Shown here piece by piece: positions 1 to 10,300 of a DNA stretch of 48,288 bases (positions are counted from its first letter, which is position 1; every line of letters begins with the position of its first letter). Origin of the DNA: a virus (Duplodnaviria; Caudoviricetes). Made by a program: the position numbers and the translations under genes. Under the pieces are notes generated by a model, which saw only the letters and a list, made by a program, of their open reading frames with translations, ran no database searches and had not been told where the DNA came from. The DNA is taken from positions 1 to 48,288 of IMG/VR virus record IMGVR_UViG_3300032260_000008; one strand, 5' to 3'.

Positions 1-15
1 GTTTTGATTCGCCAC
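1..15. repeat. Terminal direct repeat GTTTTGATTCGCCAC (left copy); candidate cohesive end or circular-assembly overlap
   Basis: Identical to 48274-48288; lies just upstream of terS. Confidence 0.9.
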
Positions 16-95
16 GCCGCCCTTTTTACACTGTCGGTTAATTTTTAACCTAATTAACCTTGCGCTGCTTTTGGCGGCTATGGTAACGTAAGAGG

Positions 96-791
96 ATGAG
101 TAGGGGCGTGATACCAGTTAGAAAGTCTGAATTTGCTAAGCTAGCAGGGGTGAGCGGCGCCGCTGTAACCAAAGCGTCCGCTACTACTTTGAAGGCGGCA
201 CTTGTCGGTAGGCAAATTGACCGAAACCACCCGGACGCTATTGCATACGTAAAAAAGCATAAGCAACCCGACGTAATAGCCGTTAAAAAAGCGGTATCCA
301 AAAAAGTGGATGGACGTTCAAATCCAAAGCACAAAGCCGCCGCCAGAAAATCAAAGCGTAAAAAAGAGGAGAAAGACGAAGGGGTTATACCCGGTTCGTT
401 AGAATCTCTTCCAGAAAAGATACAAGCTCTGGCCGACCAATCCTTAAGAGAGTTGGCTTATGTATTCGGAACAGACATAGCTTTTTTAGATTGGTTGAAA
501 GCTACGCGGGAAATAGAGCGGGTTCATGAGGCGAGATTAAAGAACCAGGAAAAAGAGGGAACCTTAGTACATCGTGAATTAGTTAAATCAGGAATTTTGG
601 ACCCTATAGAAACTCTGTATTCTCAAATTTTAAGAGACGGCGCCAAAACCATAGCGGTAAAAGTTATGAATCTCATGGAGGCGGGGGAACCCGTAGAGAT
701 TTGTGAAAAAGCAATACGAAAAGAACTAACAAGTTTTATACGCCCGGCTAAGGCCAAAATGGAAAGGGCGATTAAGGGAATGAAAAAATGA
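96..791 (+). CDS. terS: Terminase small subunit
   Basis: N-terminal HTH (KSEFAKLAGVSGAAVTKA); Nu1-like coiled coil (ARLKNQEKEGTLVHRE); first gene after the genome end and upstream of terL. Confidence 0.8.
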   Translation: MSRGVIPVRKSEFAKLAGVSGAAVTKASATTLKAALVGRQIDRNHPDAIAYVKKHKQPDVIAVKKAVSKKVDGRSNPKHKAAARKSKRKKEEKDEGVIPGSLESLPEKIQALADQSLRELAYVFGTDIAFLDWLKATREIERVHEARLKNQEKEGTLVHRELVKSGILDPIETLYSQILRDGAKTIAVKVMNLMEAGEPVEICEKAIRKELTSFIRPAKAKMERAIKGMKK

Positions 792-1042
792 AAGACTCAG
801 TGATTTTTGCAGTGACAGTTATTTTATGTATTTTTATTCTAGCCGTGAGTTGTGCGCAATTCAAAAAAGCGGTTAGGACCATTAACGATGTAGCGGGTGA
901 TCTTTGTCTTATTTTTGGGGAAGAGAACCCGGAAGAGCTAGATGGTTTATCACCAAAAGAGTGGTGCGCCATCCAAAAGAATTTGACGCCCTTTGTTGAC
1001 GTTGTAACGAGCGTGCAGAAAACAGGTGTTGCCCGTGATTGA
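788..1042 (+). CDS. Small putative lipoprotein
   Basis: Hydrophobic N-terminus ending in lipobox-like LAVS-C; ATGA overlap with the terS stop. Confidence 0.65.
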   Translation: MKDSVIFAVTVILCIFILAVSCAQFKKAVRTINDVAGDLCLIFGEENPEELDGLSPKEWCAIQKNLTPFVDVVTSVQKTGVARD

Positions 1043-1766
1043 TAAATCGTTCGGGTTTCTGCCAGATACAGAACAAACGATGGATACGCGGGATTACATT
1101 TTTAGTTCCTCTATGCCAGTTTGCCCTGAGCCCGTTGACCTAGGAGTATTTTTAAAAAAAGTATTTGATCAGGGCAAAACAGAAAGTTGTGTAGCCTGTG
1201 CAATTTCAGCTGGTCGTATTATTCTCGGTATTGAAAAGTTGCCATCGGTTAGATTTCTTTATTTCAATTCTAGATTTCTACATGACGCTACTGAGCGGGA
1301 CTCAGGGACATATATCCGCTTAGCTTTCAAAGCCGCTGCTAGATGGGGTTTTGCTACAGATGAAGTATGCCCGTTTAGTGTGGAGAAAATAAATAAACAC
1401 CCAGGTTTTGCTAGTTTTTGGTGTGCTTTTGATTCCCGTAAATTAGAGTATCATAAGATGTTCAGTTCAGGCGGTTTGCGTGAGAACCAGATTCAACAAG
1501 CATTATCTCTTGGTTACCCTGTGGTTTTTGGTGTGGGGGTTGGCGCGGAGTTTACGAAAGATACAGGCCCCACCATAGTGAACGATTTTGAAAAGGGTGG
1601 GGTTGTTGGGCGGCATGCAATGCTTATAGTGGGGTACAACCAAACTCATTTTAAAGTGCTTAATTCATGGGGGTCTCGTTGGCGTAAGAACGGTTTTTGT
1701 TGGGTGCCGTACTCGGCTTTGGATGTGGAATCCGCACGTGATTTTACAGTTATGGGAAGGGCATAA
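1026..1766 (+). CDS. Papain-family (C1A) cysteine peptidase
   Basis: DQGKTESC (oxyanion Gln and catalytic Cys), GRHAMLIVGY (His), LNSWGSRW (Asn); true start may be GTG at 1035. Confidence 0.9.
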   Translation: MLPVIDKSFGFLPDTEQTMDTRDYIFSSSMPVCPEPVDLGVFLKKVFDQGKTESCVACAISAGRIILGIEKLPSVRFLYFNSRFLHDATERDSGTYIRLAFKAAARWGFATDEVCPFSVEKINKHPGFASFWCAFDSRKLEYHKMFSSGGLRENQIQQALSLGYPVVFGVGVGAEFTKDTGPTIVNDFEKGGVVGRHAMLIVGYNQTHFKVLNSWGSRWRKNGFCWVPYSALDVESARDFTVMGRA

Positions 1767-2071
1767 TGTTGAAGTTTATTCGATACTTTTTTAGAGCTTT
1801 TATTTTCGTGGTCGCCCTTACGGTTTGTGTTTTGACTGTTATTTCTGAGTTAGGATGTTCTAACTTTATTAGGATAGATGTTCAAACAGAATGTGTTCAA
1901 GTTTGTGATAATTTACCCACGGCTTGCCCGGAGATGGTAATTGCCAATGAATCAAAAAACTGTGTTGAGGCTTGTGTGAATGCAAGTGGCCCTATCAATC
2001 AGAAGCATCGAATTTGTATGTCTGAAGGGTCTAGTTGTGCGGACATAGCCGAATGTACACTGTCTGAGTAA
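1766..2071 (+). CDS. Cys-rich putative lipoprotein or exported protein
   Basis: Signal-like N-terminus ending ELG-C; CxxxC pairs (CVQVC, CVEAC); TAATG coupling on both sides. Confidence 0.65.
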   Translation: MLKFIRYFFRAFIFVVALTVCVLTVISELGCSNFIRIDVQTECVQVCDNLPTACPEMVIANESKNCVEACVNASGPINQKHRICMSEGSSCADIAECTLSE

Positions 2072-4056
2072 TGCATAATCTAGCCGAGATAGGAACCGAC
2101 TGGTTAGTTGATAACATCCGAAACTTTACCGATGAGATTATTCATATAGACCCAGTAACATTCAATGAGGAGAATAGATATTTACCTGGCTCCGTTACCT
2201 CGATGCCTGGTTATATGAATTTCGATATCAATCCGTATATGAAAGAAATACTCATGTGTTTCGATCCCGAAAGTCCAGTACGGGAGGTGAATCTTAAAAA
2301 AGGAGTTCAGGTAACGTACACTACAATTTTGGAATGCTGCATGTACTATCTAATGGACTACGTAAAAACTGAGCCATGCATGTACATCACAGCAGATAAA
2401 GATTTGGCCCAAGAGCGTGTGGAAAATAATATTCTTCCAATGCTTAACGCTTCCGGACGAGACATTTTGAGATCTAGTGATGAAGGGAACACACGTAAAA
2501 CAGGAAAGACCAAAAATCACCTCCAGTGGATTGGTGGTGGGTATATGATTCCTATCGGTTCGCACAACGGCGCTAAGATGCGTCAGTTCTCAGTACCTAA
2601 TTTGTTTAAAGATGAGATTGACGCTTGGCCGGAGATTGTGAGTAAAGATGGCGACCCGGATGGTTTGACTGATGATAGGTGTTCGGGTTATTGGAAGCGC
2701 AGAAAAATACTTAGAGGGTCCACACCTTTGCTTAGGCATAATTCACTTATCGACAAGGCTTTTAGGCGGGGGGATCAACGGGAGTATAGAGTGTTGTGTA
2801 GGGCGTGTAGTTTCCCTCAAAAATTACGTTGGAACGGCGTTAATGAGGAAACGGGGCATGAGTACGGTTTTACGTGGGAGATGGATAACGGTATACTGGT
2901 AATGGAGTCTGTCAGGTATCGTTGCAAAGATTGTGGGCATGAACATTTTGAGCATGACAAACCTAAGTTGTTCGCACTAGAGCACGGTGCACATTGGCAC
3001 CCTACAGCGACCCCTGTGGAACCGGGTATTAGGTCTTATCACTTGCCAGGCTTCTACAGTCCAGTAGGCTTTGCGCCATGGTCCAAATGTGTGAGTGATT
3101 ATTTAGCAGGCTTCGACCCGGTGCAGAAAAAAGTTATTGACATAGGTAAATTTCAGAAATTTTATAATAATATTTTGGGTGAGTCCTTTGAGGTGCTCGG
3201 TTCTAAAGTTACATTTCAAGCGGTATCAGGGCATAGAAGGATTGAGTATAAATATGGGGAAATACCGAATGAATATGCTATTAAGCATTCGGGTGGCCCT
3301 ATACTTTTCCTTACATGTCAAGTGGATGTTCACAAAAGATTTTTAGCCGTCTCAATAATGGGTTGGACCAAAGACGCTAAATGTTATTTGATAGACTATT
3401 GGTACTTTAAAGACGATAGCCATGAAGATGGATGTGGACGGATAGAAAGCCCGGTATGGGCGAGGGTGCAAGACGTTATTGATAATTTGGAATACATATC
3501 TGATGATGGTAGGAAGTACAATTTAAAAATAACTCTCATAGATGCTAACTGGAAAAATGATGTAGTTACTTCTTTTTGCTCCCGGTATGAATCAGGTGTT
3601 TATCCTATCCTGGGTCGCGAGCGTAGTGCCAAGAACCAGCGTATTGAAGAATTTGCTGAGTTTAAAACCAAAATAGGCACCTTTGGATATCGAATTTTAG
3701 TTGACCACTATAAGGACCGTCTAGCGCCTGTGCTCAGGCGTGAGTGGGTGTCGGATGCAGGGGAACAATCCAGGTACCATTTCAACGCACCGATAGACAC
3801 TACAGACAAGCAGTTAAAAGAACTCACAGTGGAGACCCGTAAGGAAAAACGGGACGAAAGAAACAACATCTCCTACGTGTGGGACCGTCCAGGAAACGCA
3901 CGTAACGAATTGTGGGATTTATTGGTTTACGGTCATGCTGCGGTTGAGATTTTCGCTTGGGCTATATGCGTCAAGCACTTTGAGTTAGACACTATTGACT
4001 GGGATCGTTTTTGGGAATTTGTACAACAGAACATCCTTGCCCCTGTTTCGGAATAG
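2071..4056 (+). CDS. terL: Terminase large subunit, lambda GpA family
   Basis: Deviant Walker A KKGVQVTYT, Walker B FKDEID, GSTP motif, CxxC Zn knuckles, C-terminal RNELWDLLVY. Confidence 0.95.
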   Translation: MHNLAEIGTDWLVDNIRNFTDEIIHIDPVTFNEENRYLPGSVTSMPGYMNFDINPYMKEILMCFDPESPVREVNLKKGVQVTYTTILECCMYYLMDYVKTEPCMYITADKDLAQERVENNILPMLNASGRDILRSSDEGNTRKTGKTKNHLQWIGGGYMIPIGSHNGAKMRQFSVPNLFKDEIDAWPEIVSKDGDPDGLTDDRCSGYWKRRKILRGSTPLLRHNSLIDKAFRRGDQREYRVLCRACSFPQKLRWNGVNEETGHEYGFTWEMDNGILVMESVRYRCKDCGHEHFEHDKPKLFALEHGAHWHPTATPVEPGIRSYHLPGFYSPVGFAPWSKCVSDYLAGFDPVQKKVIDIGKFQKFYNNILGESFEVLGSKVTFQAVSGHRRIEYKYGEIPNEYAIKHSGGPILFLTCQVDVHKRFLAVSIMGWTKDAKCYLIDYWYFKDDSHEDGCGRIESPVWARVQDVIDNLEYISDDGRKYNLKITLIDANWKNDVVTSFCSRYESGVYPILGRERSAKNQRIEEFAEFKTKIGTFGYRILVDHYKDRLAPVLRREWVSDAGEQSRYHFNAPIDTTDKQLKELTVETRKEKRDERNNISYVWDRPGNARNELWDLLVYGHAAVEIFAWAICVKHFELDTIDWDRFWEFVQQNILAPVSE

Positions 4057-4300
4057 TATTTTTAACAGCAGTCGTATAGCATTCTTCAGAGTACGAGCAG
4101 GTCGAGCAGTGGGCATTACAATGTAACGCTGCGTTAATCTCTTTCAGTATCTCTTGAGTGTTCTTAATGGCGTCGCTAGCACCCACCGATCCGTTTAGGA
4201 TGGTTATCGTTGATCGGCCCTTGTCTTGAATCACAAGGAGTCTGTCAGGTGGTATAAATAGGTTGCCGCTTTTAGTTGTTCTAATTTTAGCTAATCTCAT
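3992..4300 (-). CDS. Hypothetical protein, antisense insert between terL and head genes
   Basis: 102-aa ORF with AAAGGA SD; follows 4306..4503 in a small leftward unit; Cys cluster. Confidence 0.5.
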   Translation of the reverse strand: MRLAKIRTTKSGNLFIPPDRLLVIQDKGRSTITILNGSVGASDAIKNTQEILKEINAALHCNAHCSTCSYSEECYTTAVKNTIPKQGQGCSVVQIPKNDPSQ

Positions 4301-4305
4301 TGTTA

Positions 4306-4503
4306 TTATCCTTTCCAGTTAATTTCTTTTGCGGTTACATTGCCCAAGTATAGAGGCGTATGGGTACCGCAAAAACAATATTTTTTGCCTCCAAATGAGG
4401 TAGAAAACCGTGCTTTTTGTTCACATCCACCTACATCACAATTACGTTTTTCATCGAAACAGTGGACACAATATTTAGTTTGATGTTTCTCACATTTTTC
4501 CAT
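4306..4503 (-). CDS. Small Cys/His-rich (putative Zn-binding) hypothetical protein
   Basis: CEKH, CVHC, CDVGGC and FCGTH motifs; GGGGGA SD upstream. Confidence 0.6.
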   Translation of the reverse strand: MEKCEKHQTKYCVHCFDEKRNCDVGGCEQKARFSTSFGGKKYCFCGTHTPLYLGNVTAKEINWKG

Positions 4504-4544
4504 AATGAATCCCCCTATTTTTCGTAGGGGATATTGTTACGCTA

Positions 4545-4564
4545 TATTGACGGGGGTGTCAATA
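4545..4564. promoter_or_regulatory. Palindromic operator TATTGAC-N6-GTCAATA overlapping a TTGACA -35 on the minus strand
   Basis: Perfect 7-bp inverted repeat; near-identical element at 41331-41350. Confidence 0.6.
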
Positions 4565-4609
4565 AAAAAAATATTTTTAATTTACTTGCTTTTAGTATAG
4601 GCTTTAAAT

Positions 4610-4861
4610 ATGGACTACGCATTTTTAACGGCAAGGATTGAAAAAACCCAAGAGCAGATTGTAGCTTATGAAGATGCAATCGACGCTTTGATCCTTAAAA
4701 AAGCGAAGTCATACACGCTAAACACAGGTCAAACTATCCAGATAGTCACTAGACAAGATTTAAAAGACTTACAAGAAACCCTGGATAAACTATTGAATCG
4801 TTTAGCGACATATCAGGCCCGTAGAGACGGTGCGTCAACAATAGTGAGGCCAGCTTGGTAA
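4610..4861 (+). CDS. Head-tail joining protein (gpW-like)
   Basis: 83 aa with SYTLNTGQT...VTRQDL pattern, directly before the portal as in lambda W-B. Confidence 0.7.
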   Translation: MDYAFLTARIEKTQEQIVAYEDAIDALILKKAKSYTLNTGQTIQIVTRQDLKDLQETLDKLLNRLATYQARRDGASTIVRPAW

Positions 4862-6537
4862 GTTTATTTAAAAAGCATGTAGAGGAGGCCCCTTGGGTTT
4901 ATCCAGTAGCAGAAGCGGCGTTTGTAGACATACCCATTGACGTAGTTGAACCTACTGCTATTGATGTTGACGACTTGGCGGCGTTTAGTCCGGGTCCAGT
5001 TGTAACACCCGTATTTGATGGTGATAAATTTTTTGGAGGTTTTGGTGATACAAAGATTTTTGATGAAGACTACTGGACTCTAAGAAAAAGGTCTTCACAA
5101 CTTTTTACTGAAAATCTTTACGCACGCGGTATTATTCGTAGATTTATCACAAATGAGATAAACATAGGTTTGATGCTAGAAGCGTGCCCGGATGAGTCGG
5201 TCATAGGTCTTGAAGAAGATAGTTTAGCAGAATGGGCAGAAGACGTAGAAAATAAGTTTCATCTTTGGGCTAAAACTCCTGAGCTTTGTGACTTTAAAGA
5301 ATCTAATACTTGGGGTGCTATACAAAGAGAAATTAGATTAGAAGCTTTAGTAGCTGGCGACGTATTAGTAGTTTTACATCAGTCACAAAAGTACAAACTT
5401 CCACAAGTACAATTGATTCGTGGCGACGACGTTCAAACACCTTACGATTACCACCCTTCAAACGGCAATAAAATTGAATACGGTGTGGAGCTAGACAAAG
5501 ACGGGCGTCACACAGCATATCATGTCAGACAAGCAGACGGCACAAGTAAAAGGATCCTGGCCAAAGGCCCTAGGTCCGGGCGTAAAATAGCTTGGTTGGT
5601 TTATGGTACTGAGAAGCGACTGAATAAAGTTCGTGGCATGCCTTTATTGTCCATCGTACTTCAATCGCTTAAAGAAATAGATAGGTATCGAGATTCTGCG
5701 CAACGTAAAGCGTTGATAAACTCTATTTACGCGGCAACTATTGAGAAGACCCACGATAAGATGGGTACATTGCCCATTACAGGTGGTGCCGTAAAGAAAG
5801 ATTCTGCGACCGTTACAGATGGAGACGGATCAACACGCACTTTCCCAATAGCTAACCAGATACCCGGTGTTATCATTCAGGAACTTCAGACGGGTGAAGT
5901 TTTCAAGCCTCATAGTACAGCTGGAACTGATGTTAACCTTGGGCCATTTGAAGAAGTAATCATACAGGCAATTGCTTGGGCTAACGAAGTTCCCCCTGAG
6001 ATTATGCGGCTCGCTTTTAGTAATAACTACTCGGCTTCACAAGCTGCGATCAATGAGTACAAAATGACTCTTAATGTCAGGCGTACTGCGTTTGGGGATG
6101 AGTGCCCTCAGATAGTGTATAAAGAGGTGCTCTTGAGTATGGTGCTTTTGAATAAAATAAAAGCGCCGGGACTCCTTAAAGCGTGGCGCGATCCTAGCAA
6201 AGCGCTTATTTTTGCAGCTTGGGTTTCTGCTGATTGGTCCGGGGCCATTAAGCCATCAACAGACATAAAGAAACAATCCGCAGGTTACAAAGAGATGGTT
6301 GCCGAAGGTTGGGTCACTAACTCTAGAGCATCTAGAGAACTTACAGGAACTAAGTTTACAAAAAATATAAAGCGCCTCAGGCGTGAGAATGTTTTAAAGG
6401 CAGAAGCGGCTAGACCATTACTAGAACTCAAACAAGAGTTTGGTGGCGAGGAAACAGACGACGCGATGGCCGCTTTGGACGAAAAAGTGGTTTCTTTGGC
6501 TGCGGTCGTAGAAGATTTAGAAGAAATGAGAGGGTAA
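4855..6537 (+). CDS. Portal protein, lambda family
   Basis: GVELDKDGRHTAYHV, VRGMPLL, NYSASQAA motifs; size and position. Confidence 0.93.
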   Translation: MVSLFKKHVEEAPWVYPVAEAAFVDIPIDVVEPTAIDVDDLAAFSPGPVVTPVFDGDKFFGGFGDTKIFDEDYWTLRKRSSQLFTENLYARGIIRRFITNEINIGLMLEACPDESVIGLEEDSLAEWAEDVENKFHLWAKTPELCDFKESNTWGAIQREIRLEALVAGDVLVVLHQSQKYKLPQVQLIRGDDVQTPYDYHPSNGNKIEYGVELDKDGRHTAYHVRQADGTSKRILAKGPRSGRKIAWLVYGTEKRLNKVRGMPLLSIVLQSLKEIDRYRDSAQRKALINSIYAATIEKTHDKMGTLPITGGAVKKDSATVTDGDGSTRTFPIANQIPGVIIQELQTGEVFKPHSTAGTDVNLGPFEEVIIQAIAWANEVPPEIMRLAFSNNYSASQAAINEYKMTLNVRRTAFGDECPQIVYKEVLLSMVLLNKIKAPGLLKAWRDPSKALIFAAWVSADWSGAIKPSTDIKKQSAGYKEMVAEGWVTNSRASRELTGTKFTKNIKRLRRENVLKAEAARPLLELKQEFGGEETDDAMAALDEKVVSLAAVVEDLEEMRG

Positions 6538-6541
6538 AAGA

Positions 6542-6820
6542 ATGGCAGATCCTACAATAGTGGCTATCCCTTTGTTGAATTGGGTTTTAGTTGCAACAGG
6601 TGTCACAAATGTGAACATAGAGCCCACAATAAAAGGCTTAAAATACTTGCAGACAACTCGTGATAATGGAAACCCAGCGCCTACTAATGGCGACTATTCG
6701 GATGCGGCTAAAGCGAAGGAATTGCCATATGATGGCGGTATCCTTCAGACATTGGTATCTACGGATGTTTACGTTGCCGTTCGTGGTCGGTATGCAGGGA
6801 AGGTTAGGGTAACACTGTGA
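6542..6820 (+). CDS. Hypothetical beta-rich protein, first gene of the fibre-like insert
   Basis: 92-aa ORF with GAGGG SD, coupled to the next gene. Confidence 0.6.
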   Translation: MADPTIVAIPLLNWVLVATGVTNVNIEPTIKGLKYLQTTRDNGNPAPTNGDYSDAAKAKELPYDGGILQTLVSTDVYVAVRGRYAGKVRVTL

Positions 6821-7314
6821 CGGGTATAAGAACGACAAGGCAAATAGTAATGGGGCCTGGAACCGTTGCAGGCGGTGGTGGCGCGGGTGTCACGTCGTTC
6901 AACGGTCGCACGGGGGTCGTGATTTCTGCAGACGGGGACTATAATCGTACACAGATTAGAGGCCTTGAAAGAAAAATAACAGCTTCAGAAGTGTGGACGG
7001 ATGCGTCTCATATAGGTAAGTCTATTGATGCTGATCACGCGACAGTTGATATTCTGATAACGTTACCCCCTGGTACTGCTGCTATGGTAGGAAAACCTAC
7101 CTACCTTTTCCAAATAGGTGATGCCAATGTTGGTTTTACAGCGGATGTGGGCGACGCCATTGGACCTCCAGGCGTTGGTTCAGGTTTAGGTAACTCCATA
7201 ATAACTACTCAAGGTGCGGTATCAGCAGGTAAGGCATGTATTAAGATTGAGTGGAATTCAGACGGCTATTGGTCGGTACTAGATACGCAAGGCGGAATCG
7301 TTAGCGTAACATAA
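6817..7314 (+). CDS. Fibre-associated protein
   Basis: GVTSFNGRTGVV matches the VTSVNGxTGxV repeat common in phage fibres; no signal peptide. Confidence 0.55.
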   Translation: MTGIRTTRQIVMGPGTVAGGGGAGVTSFNGRTGVVISADGDYNRTQIRGLERKITASEVWTDASHIGKSIDADHATVDILITLPPGTAAMVGKPTYLFQIGDANVGFTADVGDAIGPPGVGSGLGNSIITTQGAVSAGKACIKIEWNSDGYWSVLDTQGGIVSVT

Positions 7315-7325
7315 GAGGTTATACC

Positions 7326-10300
7326 ATGCGATTGAGTAAATTTTTCTTGAGCTTTTTGCTCATTTCCTTTGTACCTTTAACCGGTTTTGCCCAATACATT
7401 TACGATGACTACGCACGGGTTTCAGTCCCTAATGTTTTCGCGGCGGATAATTCTTTTGGCGGCGATCTTACGGTTGATACAAATGTTCTTTTTGTAGACT
7501 CTGTTAGCAATGAGGTGGGCATAGGAACGGTATCCCCTGATGCCACTTTGGATGTTGTAGGGGGCGCAACTTTACTACCCGGCCCTAGTGCAGTTTTACC
7601 GGATGGCAGTTTCTCAAACAGCCAGTGGATGATGTGGTTGGATGAGGGTAGCGACGAGTTTGAATTACGTGCTAGGAAATCCGACGGCACATACATATCC
7701 CAAACAGTTGGTAGTGGCGGGGGCGGTGGTGAAGCCAATACAGCTAGTAACGCGGGTTCAGGGATTAGTTTATTCTATCAAAAAGTTTTAGCTGATTTAG
7801 AATTCAATGGGATTAAAAGCGAGAATGGTTTACTGACAGTAAATTTGGACGGTGTTTCACATGATATTGAGTTTACGGTAAATGAGTCTTTAATTGACCA
7901 TGATGCTCTTACAAATACTCATAATCTTACAACTGACATAGACCACGATACGGTTACAAATACTCATAATCTTACAACTGACATAGACCACGATGCCCTC
8001 ACAAACTATGTTGCAAACGAGCATACAGACCACACAAGTGTAAGTATTGGTACGGTTGCTAACACATCAGGTTTAACAGGTGGCGGGGACATCACGGCAA
8101 CAAGGAATTTGTCTGTAGATATAAATGGAACTACAGATCTTATAGGGCCAGATCCTTTAGATGAATTATTGTTAAATGATGTTTCAGATTCGAACACTTT
8201 GAAAAAAGCTGATCTTGCTTCGGTTCTGATACAAGCAGATCACAATACAATTGTTAATAATCATAATCTTACAACTGACATAGACCATGATGCTCTTACA
8301 AATACCCACAACTTAACGACAGATATAGATCACGATAGTCTTACGAACACTCACGATTTAACGACAGATATAAATCACAATACTATTCTCAACAATCACA
8401 ATCTAACGACAGACATTGACCATGATGCTCTTACAAACTATGTTGCAAACGAGCATACAGACCACACAAGTGTAAGTATTGGTACGGTTGCTAACACATC
8501 AGGTTTAACAGGTGGCGGGGACATCACGGCAACAAGGAATTTGTCTGTAGATATACCGGGCACCACCGCAGAAACCTCTATCACTGATGATGATGAAGTT
8601 TTAGTATATGATACTGGGGTTGGCCTAAGGAGTATGACCTTTGCCAATTTCACTAGTGGAATAACATCTACGGACGCAGACGCCATACACGACAATGTCG
8701 CTTCTGAAATTTCCGCTGTGGCGTTAAAAGCAACCCCCGCAAGTGGTGACTTTATTTTAGTAGAAGATAGTGAAGACTCCAATAATAAGAAAAGAATTAC
8801 GATAGGAACATTACCCACAGGTGGCGGTGGCGAAGCGAACACGGCGAGTAATGCGGGTTCTGGAATCAGTTTGTTTTACCAGAAAAACGGAATTGATTTA
8901 GAGTTTAATGGCATCAAAAGCGAAAATTCTTTACTGACTGCTTTTTTAGATGTGGTCACACATGACATTGAGTTGACATTAAACGAGTCTCTTATTGATC
9001 ATGACAACTTGACGAACACGCACAATCTGACTACTGATATTGATCACAATCAGCTTACTAACACCCACAATTTGACAACCAGTATTGACCACAACTCAAT
9101 TACAAATACGCACAATTTAACGACAGACATTGACCATGATGCTCTTACAAACTATGTTGCGGACGAACATATTGATTGGACAACGGACCAAAGCGCCACT
9201 AACACAATTGATTTAGACAATATCGAAATAGCCTACATAGGCACCCCTACTTACGATGATATAGGGGACGCTTACAATCTGTTTGGGAGCGCTGGTTTAA
9301 ACTCCGGTGGGGCAATAACTGATGCTGGCGGTGCGACTATTGATGTTGCTGCTGGCACAGCTTTTTTACGTTCGTCGGATTCGCCCGTAGCCCAACTATA
9401 CAGTTTTAATTTTAGCGCGGCCTTGGGTCAAGCGATACCAAGCGACACAGTTCGCTATGTGGGCGTGGAGTACAACGCAGGATCCCCGCAAGTTGTTATA
9501 AGTACGACAAATGATTTTAACGAACGTGACGAGTTTGCACTAGGTACCGTAGTCAATGAAAGCGGTACTTTGCATGTTGTTAATAACCCTCAAATGTTCG
9601 CCGATTCCGTTGCGGACATCATACACAGATTTTACGATACTGATCGATTTGCGTATGCCAAGCGCATAGGAGGTTTGGTTGTTGGTGAGACGGGCACAAG
9701 AAACCTTACTTTAACGGCGGGCGAGTTATACGATAGGACCAATGAGTTTGAAATAACGGCTAAGGATACGAGCGCTGCAGATACTTTTGATAGTTATTAT
9801 GGACTGACTAAACAAGGCACAGGGATAACTCAATGGGATAATGCCAACTATAACAACGCCGGTACGCTTACAGCGATACCAAACAATCAATGGGCAAATC
9901 AATTTGTTTTTTTGGAGGCCGATGATTCGTTAGTTTTAGTTTACGGTACGAGTACATACTCAAATTCAGCCACAGCACAAAATGAAGGATTACCACCAAC
10001 TTTACCGGACAGGTTATTAACTCATGGTATCGCCATAGCACAGATGACATTTCAAGAAGGGGCCAGTTCAGCGGCGGCGATCAAAAATTTACTTATAGAT
10101 CCCACTACAGGTTCGTTGGCATCTACGCACAACAATTTGTCGGGTTTGCAAGGTGGTACCACAGCGGAGTACTACCATTTAACATCATCCGAACATACCG
10201 AGCTTTCAACCTGGCTCGATGATGTGATTCTAAGTGATGGCGGTTCTGTAAATTTGGGAACGGGAGTTATTACAGCGAGTGGTGCGAACATCGACGGTAC

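Noticed and set aside
11-22. Minus-strand GGGCGGCGTGGC resembling lambda cos GGGCGGCGACCT
   Set aside because: Wrong orientation relative to terS and out of register with the terminal repeat; probably chance in a GC-rich patch.
8001-8555. Diversity-generating retroelement TR/VR pair
   Set aside because: Copies are identical with no adenine-specific mismatches, both are in frame in one gene, and no reverse transcriptase is present.
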